Source: Acetohalobium arabaticum DSM 5501 (GTDB lineage Bacteria > Bacillota > Halanaerobiia > Halobacteroidales > Acetohalobiaceae). From it: a stretch of DNA of 32,000 bases. The translations under genes and the position numbers were made by a program. The notes under the pieces are model-generated. The model made no database searches, had not been told where the DNA came from, and saw only the letters and a list, made by a program, of their open reading frames with translations. Position 1 is the stretch's first letter. Every line of letters begins with the position of its first letter. Location: contig NC_014378.1 in assembly GCF_000144695.1 (NCBI RefSeq), forward strand, positions 376,781 to 408,780, given 5' to 3'. Of this stretch, positions 6,394-12,969 are shown in pieces.

Positions 6394-7695
6394 TTGAAGT
6401 TAGCTAAATATTTTATTCATAAACCTAATCAAATCCAACAAGTTGTATTAGGTTGTTTAGCCTATGCTAGTGCCAGATTATATAATATCGGCAATTATCA
6501 ACGTAAAAACTGGTCTAAAGATAGTGATGAAGATTATCCTGATTGGTATAAACAAAAAAAGCAATTAAAAGATAACTTTTGGTATAAAAACTTACCCTCC
6601 CAGACAGCACAGGAAACACTTAAAATTTTATCTGATAACTGGGATAGTTTTTATCAAAGTATGGAGGATTATCAAGATAATCCTGATAAATATAACGGCA
6701 ACCCTAATCCACCTAACTATAAATCTAAAGATAGTAAATTTAACTTCCGTTATCTTAATAATGGTTTTAAAATTATTGATGGTAAGTTAAGATTATCTAT
6801 CCCTAAACAATTAAAAAAGTATTTAAAAGAGGAATACTCTATTACTAACAAATTCTTATGGATAAGAGTGCCTAATGAGCTGTTATCCAGTAATAGAGAT
6901 ATCCTTAACTCAACTACTAGAATTGAGTTTAAACCTTTAAGTGATGATACTTATAAGGTAATCTTAACTTATAAAGTAGATACACCAACTATTAAAGAAG
7001 ATAACGGTAATTATTTAAGTATTGATCTAGGCATTAATAATTTAATGACCTGTTACAGCAATCAAAATCAGGAGAGCTTTATTATTGATGGCGGACAGTA
7101 TTTAGCTATTAATCGTTACTTCGACAAACAGATTAAACATTATCAATCTATTTTGAATGGTCAAGGTAAAAAGACTTCTAAACGTATCCAACAATTATAT
7201 AAGAAACGACGCAAGCAGCTGTTTCATTTAATCCATAGTGCTACTAAAAAAGTAGTTAATTACTGTATTGAAAATAATATATCTAGAGTAATCGTTGGTA
7301 ATATAAAAAATATTCGTGATGATGCTGATCTAGGTAAACAGACTAATCAAAAACTACATAAACTACCTTTTGATATTATCTATCACCAACTAGAGTATAA
7401 ACTTCATTTACAAGGGATTACCTTAATTAAGAAGAGTGAGAAATATACCAGCCAATGCAGCCCTTACAGTAAAAAAGTAACTAAGAAATATGGTAATAAA
7501 TCTAATCGTATTAAGCGAGGTTTATATGTAGATGAAGATAACAATCAAGCTTTTAATGCCGATAGTGTGGGTGCATTTAATATCTTACGCAAATATTTAC
7601 AGCAGCGACGTAAAGGTAAAGATATTACTCTGCAGGTTAAAGGCTTATCAAATCCAGTTATATTTAACTGGAATAATCATCAATTTGCAGCTTAA
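6394..7695 (+). CDS. tnpB: TnpB-like protein (IS605 OrfB family, RNA-guided nuclease family), atypical
   Basis: RBS AAGGAGGTGA and a TTG start. It has RuvC-I (LSIDLGINNLMTC), YTSQ.C, and RuvC-III (FNADSVGAFNI). The usual CxxC...CxxC zinc finger is absent. The usual hhhEDL RuvC-II motif reads VIVGNI. Confidence 0.85.
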   Translation: MKLAKYFIHKPNQIQQVVLGCLAYASARLYNIGNYQRKNWSKDSDEDYPDWYKQKKQLKDNFWYKNLPSQTAQETLKILSDNWDSFYQSMEDYQDNPDKYNGNPNPPNYKSKDSKFNFRYLNNGFKIIDGKLRLSIPKQLKKYLKEEYSITNKFLWIRVPNELLSSNRDILNSTTRIEFKPLSDDTYKVILTYKVDTPTIKEDNGNYLSIDLGINNLMTCYSNQNQESFIIDGGQYLAINRYFDKQIKHYQSILNGQGKKTSKRIQQLYKKRRKQLFHLIHSATKKVVNYCIENNISRVIVGNIKNIRDDADLGKQTNQKLHKLPFDIIYHQLEYKLHLQGITLIKKSEKYTSQCSPYSKKVTKKYGNKSNRIKRGLYVDEDNNQAFNADSVGAFNILRKYLQQRRKGKDITLQVKGLSNPVIFNWNNHQFAA

Positions 7696-7855
7696 AAGTA
7701 CCTCTAAGTCCAATATTAACTGGATAGGAGTATTGGCGTTGGACACGCCGATTGGGTAACTTGCTTGATATTACGGGTAACTCCCATAAAAGCAGGCGAC
7801 CATGAAGCTCGGTATTTCAATGCCGAGTAGTTCACAAGCGAATGACAAGCGAAAT
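7640..7855 (+). ncRNA. Candidate omega (right-end) RNA of the TnpB element; approximate extent
   Basis: By analogy with TnpB systems, the guide RNA overlaps the tnpB 3' end and the right end. Hairpins GGCGT-TGGAC-ACGCC and CTCGGTA-TTTCAA-TGCCGAG are present, followed by TAGTTCAC. The putative guide would start near 7836. There is no direct evidence of transcription. Confidence 0.35.
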
Positions 7856-8102
7856 ATATGTTGATACTATTCTTTGCCTAATAAAAATTACTAATATATT
7901 ATCGTTTTATATAAGTATTTACTTATATAAAAAACAAATTACAGACTGGATAAGCTTTTACATTGTTTAAATAATTAATTACTTATACATGCTATAATTA
8001 ATTACAATATAAGGAAAAGAAGGGATTAAGGTTCTACTGTGGAAATATTATAATACAAGCTATAAAAAAATACTATAAAAAATAAATTTAAATATTAAAT
8101 AT

Positions 8103-8174
8103 GGAGGATTGATCGGAAAGATCACATAGGCTCTAACCCTATGCAGCCGGGTGTAACTCCCGGATCCTCCGCCA
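8103..8174 (+). tRNA. pylT: tRNA-Pyl (anticodon CUA, amber suppressor), CCA encoded
   Basis: The cloverleaf folds as follows:
- acceptor GGAGGAT (8103-8109) / ATCCTCC (8164-8170);
- one nt between the acceptor and D stems;
- D stem GATC/GATC with a 5-nt loop;
- 6-bp anticodon stem CATAGG/CCTATG;
- loop CUCUAAC with CUA at 8133-8135;
- 3-nt variable loop;
- T loop UGUAACU without T-psi-C;
- discriminator G.
It is close to the Methanosarcina and Desulfitobacterium tRNA-Pyl sequences recalled from the literature. Confidence 0.92.
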
Positions 8175-8189
8175 CTAATAATAATATGA

Positions 8190-8215
8190 TTAAATTCATA
8201 ATATTATGAATTTAA
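8190..8215. promoter_or_regulatory. 26-bp perfect palindrome between pylT and mttB; candidate operator or pylT 3' hairpin
   Basis: TTAAATTCATAAT|ATTATGAATTTAA is perfectly self-complementary. No strong T run follows it. Confidence 0.35.
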
Positions 8216-8361
8216 AAGTTTTAATTATATTTTTGCTGGAAAAGACTATAAAATAAAAACTATAGAGGAGGGATAATAAAATAAGATAGCTTTTAAATGG
8301 GATTAACAGAAAGAGTTTAAAGCGTAATGAACTAAAATTTTTAACAGAAAGGGTGAGATAT

Positions 8362-9822
8362 ATGACCATCAGAAATTCACGATCTTATTATCCCAACAAA
8401 ACTGGTTTTAGTGTTGATATGTTTACTGATGAAGAGTTAGAAGAGATTCATTTAGCTACACTAGAAATGTTATGGGATAATGGAATGCATGTTACAAATG
8501 AAGAAGCACTGGATATCTTTGCTGATGCTGGAGCTAAGGTTAATCGTAGCGAAGGGAAAGTTAGAATTCCTCCTTATATGGTAGAGGATGCTATTAAGTC
8601 CGCTCCACCTCAAATTTTAATGGCTGGACGTGACCCAGAAAATGATGTGGTAATTGGAGGTAGTCGAGTCAACTTTACGACCTTTGGAGCTGGAGTTAAG
8701 ATAGAAGACTTAGAAACAGGAGGATTAAGAGATACTCTTAAACAGGATGTAGCAGACACTGCTTTAGTAGCAGATTATCTTGATCAGATTGATATTTATT
8801 CTCATGCAGTAACAGGGGGGGACTCTCCTGATGCAAATATTGATCTGCATGATGCTGAGGCCTTCTTGAATAATACTACTAAGCATTGTCATCATATTGA
8901 TTTAACTTGTGGTGAAAATGCGAAAAAGTATTTTGAAATGGGTGCCGCTATTATGGGCGGTATGGATGAATTAAGAGAGAGACCTATTATTTCTGGTTTG
9001 GTCTGTCCACAGAGTCCTCTTGAATTGCATGGAGATGCTGCTCAGATTATTATTGAACATGCACGGGCTGGTATTCCGGTTAATGTATTATCCATGGCTA
9101 TGTCGGGAGCTACTTGTCCAGTATCTGTAGCAGGGACTTTGGTAGACCATAATGCCGAGGTGCTAACAGGAGTTATCCTAACTCAGCTAGTCAATAAAGG
9201 AGCACCAGTAATTTACGGTAGTTCTACCACGACTTTTGATTTACAGCATTCTACTGCGCCTGTAGGTGCTCCAGAACTAGGGATGTGTAATGCAGGAGTA
9301 GCTAAGTTGGCTCGTTATTACAACTTACCTAGTTATACTGCAGGTGGCTAGGCGGACAGCAAGTTATGTGACGTACAATCCGGATATGAAAAGACTATGA
9401 CTTATATGCTGCCAGCTATGGCAGGTGCTAACGTGCTTTACGGCTCAGGAATGATAGAGTTAGGAGTAACCTTCAGCTATACTCAGCTTATGATCGATAA
9501 TGAGATAGCTAGAATGGTAAGAAGAGTAATCAATGGTGTAGAAGTTAACGATGAAACTCTTGCTACTGATATAATGAAGGAGGTTGGCTGTGGAGGAAAC
9601 TTCCTTACTCAGCAGCATACATTAGACCTTATGGACCAGGAACAGTCTAGATCTGATCTCTTCGATAGAAAGATGAGAGAAGGTTGGGAGAATGACGGTT
9701 CTCAAGGTGCTGCTGAAAAAGCTACTGAAAGAGCAAAAACAATTCTTAATGACCATACTCCTGAGCCGTTAGATCAAGAGGTTCAAGATAAATTAAGTGA
9801 AATCGTAGAAAGTGTTAAGTAA
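8362..9822 (+). CDS. mttB: Trimethylamine:corrinoid methyltransferase, with the in-frame TAG (9349-9351) decoded as pyrrolysine
   Basis: Track ORFs 8353-9351 and 9397-9822 share one frame (1044 nt offset) and are separated only by the TAG. The joined protein is about 486-489 aa with ...YNLPSYTAGG-O-ADSKLCDVQSGYEK..., which matches the position of Pyl in MttB (about residue 334). ATG 8362 is preferred over GTG 8353 because of the RBS AAAGGGTGAG. Confidence 0.9.
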
Positions 9823-9982
9823 GACCGCGTTAGCAGATAGATAAACTTATATACATGTTAATTGAGGGAGATGCAGAGTCATTTCCCTTGATTAACATCC
9901 CTATATTTAAAATTTAAGTAAGTTATTCTATCCGGAAAGAAAGTTTGATTGGTTACCAATTATATTAAGGAGGTTTATAAAG

Positions 9983-10615
9983 ATGAGTCAATTTGACGAT
10001 ATTGCAGAAGCTGTAATTGATGGAGATGAGGAAAGAGTAGAAGAATTAACACAGAATCTGGTTGATGAAGGTGAAGAGCCTAGTGAGATTATTAAGGAAG
10101 GATTAGTTGCCGGTATGGATGTAGTGGGGGATAGATTTAAAGCAGAAGAGATGTTTGTTCCGCAGGTATTGATTGCGGCAGAAGCTATGGCGAAAGGAAT
10201 GGATATAGTAAAGCCTCTTTTAGCTGATGATGATACTAGTTCTGAAGGGCTTGTACTAATGGCTACAGTAGAGGATGACTTACATGATATAGGTAAGAAC
10301 TTAGCTTCTATGTTACTGGAAGGTTCTGGGTTTAATGTAATAGATTTAGGAACCGATATTCCGCCAGAAGAATTTGTAGAAGGAGTAAAAGAGCATGAAC
10401 CTGATATTGTAGGAATGTCTTCTTTATTAACTACTACAATGCCTAATATGGAGAGTACAATTGAAGCATTAGAGGAAGCCGGAATCAGAGATGAAGTTAA
10501 AATAATGGTAGGAGGCGCTCCAGTAAGTCAGGAGTTTGCTGATGAAATAGGAGCAGACGCATATGCTCCTGATGGAAGTACTGCTTCTGATTTGGCTAAA
10601 GAAATTATTGATTAA
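9983..10615 (+). CDS. mttC: Trimethylamine corrinoid protein (B12-binding)
   Basis: It has an N-terminal helical B12-binding-2 domain and a Rossmann-like B12 domain with the DxHxxG motif (EDDLHDIGKN), SSLLTTT and MVGGAP. It lies directly downstream of mttB. Confidence 0.85.
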   Translation: MSQFDDIAEAVIDGDEERVEELTQNLVDEGEEPSEIIKEGLVAGMDVVGDRFKAEEMFVPQVLIAAEAMAKGMDIVKPLLADDDTSSEGLVLMATVEDDLHDIGKNLASMLLEGSGFNVIDLGTDIPPEEFVEGVKEHEPDIVGMSSLLTTTMPNMESTIEALEEAGIRDEVKIMVGGAPVSQEFADEIGADAYAPDGSTASDLAKEIID

Positions 10616-10618
10616 TAG

Positions 10619-10648
10619 ATATAGAGGAGGAAATTTCCTCCTCTATAT
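10619..10648 (+). terminator. Perfect 30-nt palindrome (hairpin), possibly an attenuator or terminator between mttC and pylSn
   Basis: ATATAGAGGAGGAAA|TTTCCTCCTCTATAT. Only a weak T tract follows it, so terminator function is uncertain. Confidence 0.45.
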
Positions 10649-10678
10649 TTAATTAAGGCTAATGAGGGGGCGGAGAAG

Positions 10679-10963
10679 ATGGCTCAGTATACTTTTAGAA
10701 AAAAGCAGGATTTATTTTCTTTATTAAAAGAGATGAAACTGTGGCCTTCTCGTTCGGGACTTTTACATGGGATTAAATCGATAGATACTTTAGGCAATTA
10801 TGCACGCCTTACTTTATATTGTGGTCAAGAGATTACAGTAAAGAATTCTAAAAACAGTCGGGCAGCTCGCTGGCTGCGTAATACAATGATGATTGAACCC
10901 TGTACAGAATGTGAAGTGCCTGATTGGAAGATAGAGAAATATTCTAATACTACTTTTAAATAA
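10679..10963 (+). CDS. pylSn: Pyrrolysyl-tRNA synthetase, N-terminal tRNA-binding domain protein
   Basis: About 94 aa. LWPSRSGLLHGIK...NSKNSRAARWLRN...CTECEVPD matches the PylS N-domain pattern (LWMSRTGTLHKIK...NSRSCRTARAFRH...CKRCRVSD in Methanosarcina). A separate pylSn gene is typical of bacteria. Confidence 0.85.
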   Translation: MAQYTFRKKQDLFSLLKEMKLWPSRSGLLHGIKSIDTLGNYARLTLYCGQEITVKNSKNSRAARWLRNTMMIEPCTECEVPDWKIEKYSNTTFK

Positions 10964-10989
10964 ATTCAAGAGGGATGGAGGCCTGGATA

Positions 10990-11829
10990 ATGAAATTTAC
11001 TCAAGCTCAACAGCAGAGGATAATTGAACTGGATGCTGAAGGTAAATATAAAGGATATATTAAGGATAAGGAATTTGATTCTTCTAAAGAACGAGAGGAT
11101 GACTTTCAGAAAATAGAGGATGATTTAGTTAATAAGAATAAAAAAAGACTAGAAGAGTTACAAGGCCGTCATCAGCAGCCGGTATTAAGGAGAATGGAGT
11201 TTCGGTTAGTTGAATTACTCAAAGAGTCTGGATTTATGGAAGTAGTTACTCCTATAAAGTTAGCCAAAGGCCATTTAGAGAAGATGGGAATTGATGAAGA
11301 ACATTCCCTCTGGAAACAGGTATACTGGCTTGAGGAAGATAACTACTGTCTGCGTCCGATGTTGGCTCCTAATTTATATTATTTGCTGGGTTATTTTGAA
11401 AATTCATTATCTAAGCCTATTAAAATATTTGAAGTAGGTCCCTGTTTTCGCAGAGAATCCCGAGGAAGTAAACATCTTTCCGAGTTTACAATGATGAATC
11501 TAGTAGAATTAGGACCTAAGGGAGATCCCACTGAGAGATTGAAATCATTAATTGCAGAATTAATGGATTATCTAGAACTTGAATATGAGTTAGAGGAAGA
11601 GGAATCGGTGGTTTATGGTAAAACTATCGATGTAGTAGTAAACGGTATAGAAGTTGGTTCTGGGGCTGTAGGTCCCCATTTGTTGGATGAAGCCTGGAAT
11701 ATCAGTGATTCCTGGGTAGGAGTTGGTTTCGGTTTAGAGAGATTGATAATCTGTAAAGAAGAATTTGAAAGCATCAAACGGGTTGGCCGGAGTCTTATCT
11801 ATCAGGATGGAGTAAGGTTGAATATTTAA
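10990..11829 (+). CDS. pylSc: Pyrrolysyl-tRNA synthetase, catalytic (class II) domain protein
   Basis: LRPMLAPNLYYLLGY....PIKIFEVGPCFRRESRGSKHLSEFTMMNLVELG is the PylS catalytic core signature. ATG 10990 is preferred (RBS AGAGGGATGGAGG). The alternative in-frame ATG is at 10975. Confidence 0.9.
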   Translation: MKFTQAQQQRIIELDAEGKYKGYIKDKEFDSSKEREDDFQKIEDDLVNKNKKRLEELQGRHQQPVLRRMEFRLVELLKESGFMEVVTPIKLAKGHLEKMGIDEEHSLWKQVYWLEEDNYCLRPMLAPNLYYLLGYFENSLSKPIKIFEVGPCFRRESRGSKHLSEFTMMNLVELGPKGDPTERLKSLIAELMDYLELEYELEEEESVVYGKTIDVVVNGIEVGSGAVGPHLLDEAWNISDSWVGVGFGLERLIICKEEFESIKRVGRSLIYQDGVRLNI

Positions 11830-11846
11830 AAATAAGGGTGGGAATA

Positions 11847-12953
11847 ATGAAAGAAAATAATTTAGATTTACAGGTGATACTGGATAAAGCTAAAAGCGGT
11901 AGGGAACTTAAATTTGAAGAAATATATAAAATTCTAACTTTAAAAGATAAAGAGTCCCTAGAGCAGGTATTTAAAGCAGCTAGAGAGATTCGAAGAAATT
12001 ATTTTGGAAATAAAATATTTTTATATGGGTTTGTCTACTTTTCTACTTATTGTAGAAATGAGTGTACCTTCTGTTATTATCGAAAGTCAAATAATAAGAG
12101 CCCTCGCTATAGAAAAACTCCGGATGAAATTCTTCAGATTGCAGAATCTTTGATGAATTCCGGAGTTCATTTAATTGATTTAACTATGGGAGAAGATCCA
12201 GCTATATATACTGAAAATAATTTTGGAAGTTTAAAAGAAATAGCCAGCCAAATTAAAGATCAAACCAATCTGCCAGTGATGGTATCTCCAGGAGTTTTAC
12301 CGGAAGATGAGGTATTAGAGTTGGAAGATTGTGGAGCTGACTGGTATGCCTGTTATCAGGAAACTCATAATAGAGATCTGTTTACTGAATTAAGAGTAAA
12401 CCAAAGTTATGATCGGAGAATGGAAACAAAGATGTTGGCGAAGAATAATGGATTATTAATTGAAGATGGAATTCTGCTAGGAGTAGGAGAGGAGATCGAA
12501 GACCGTGTTAATTCAATTTTGACGATGAAGGAGTTAGGGGTACATCAGGGCAGAGTAATGAGTTTTGTAGCTCAGGAAGGTACTCCTATGGCTGATTCTA
12601 ATACTCCACCTCGAAGAGAAGAACTGTTGGTAATTGCTGCTTTAAGGTTAGTTTTACAGGATAGATTAATTCCTGCTTCTTTAGATGTAGATGGAATTGA
12701 GGGTTTAGAGGATAGATTGAATGCTGGAGCCAATGTTGTAACATCTTTAATTCCTCCTAGTTCTGGTTTAGCCGGTGTTTCTAATTCAACGCTGGATATT
12801 GATGAAGGCCATCGAACCGTAAATGGAGTACAGAAGGTGATTGAAGAGTTAGATTTGAAAATTGCTGCTCCAGAGTTGTATAAAGAATGGGTTGAGACTA
12901 AAAAGATGAATTTGAATCATTTAGACAGAGATGTGATTGTCTGCAGAGGATAG
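11847..12953 (+). CDS. pylB: Methylornithine synthase (radical SAM lysine mutase)
   Basis: Radical SAM CxxxCxxC motif (CRNECTFCYY), BioB-like architecture, and a position after pylS. ATG 11847 is preferred (RBS AAGGGTGGG). The alternative start is GTG 11838. TAG stop at 12951-12953. Confidence 0.9.
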   Translation: MKENNLDLQVILDKAKSGRELKFEEIYKILTLKDKESLEQVFKAAREIRRNYFGNKIFLYGFVYFSTYCRNECTFCYYRKSNNKSPRYRKTPDEILQIAESLMNSGVHLIDLTMGEDPAIYTENNFGSLKEIASQIKDQTNLPVMVSPGVLPEDEVLELEDCGADWYACYQETHNRDLFTELRVNQSYDRRMETKMLAKNNGLLIEDGILLGVGEEIEDRVNSILTMKELGVHQGRVMSFVAQEGTPMADSNTPPRREELLVIAALRLVLQDRLIPASLDVDGIEGLEDRLNAGANVVTSLIPPSSGLAGVSNSTLDIDEGHRTVNGVQKVIEELDLKIAAPELYKEWVETKKMNLNHLDRDVIVCRG

Positions 12954-12969
12954 TATGGAGGAGATAGGA

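Larger units (their letters stand above)
6184..7835 (+). mobile_element. IS200/IS605-family element lacking a functional tnpA; the left boundary is uncertain
   Basis: It carries a tnpB ORF, a 24-codon tnpA-like remnant directly upstream, and subterminal hairpins on both sides. On the left these are 6184-6216 (a 14-bp perfect stem) and GCCTTG...CAAGGC around 6255-6280. On the right it is CTCGGTA-TTTCAA-TGCCGAG at 7808-7827, followed by TAGTTCAC. Confidence 0.5.

Noticed and set aside
7905-7932. AT-rich palindrome TTTTATATAAGTA-TT-TACTTATATAAAA as a terminator or IS end
   Set aside because: It is pure A/T low-complexity sequence in a very AT-rich spacer, with no clear U tract beyond the stem. 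That is not enough to assign a function.
8353-9822. mttB as a pseudogene split into two ORFs (8353-9351 and 9397-9822)
   Set aside because: The two parts are in the same frame and separated only by a TAG at the known Pyl position. A tRNA-CUA gene and a full pyl gene set are adjacent, and the sequence on both sides reads as conserved protein.
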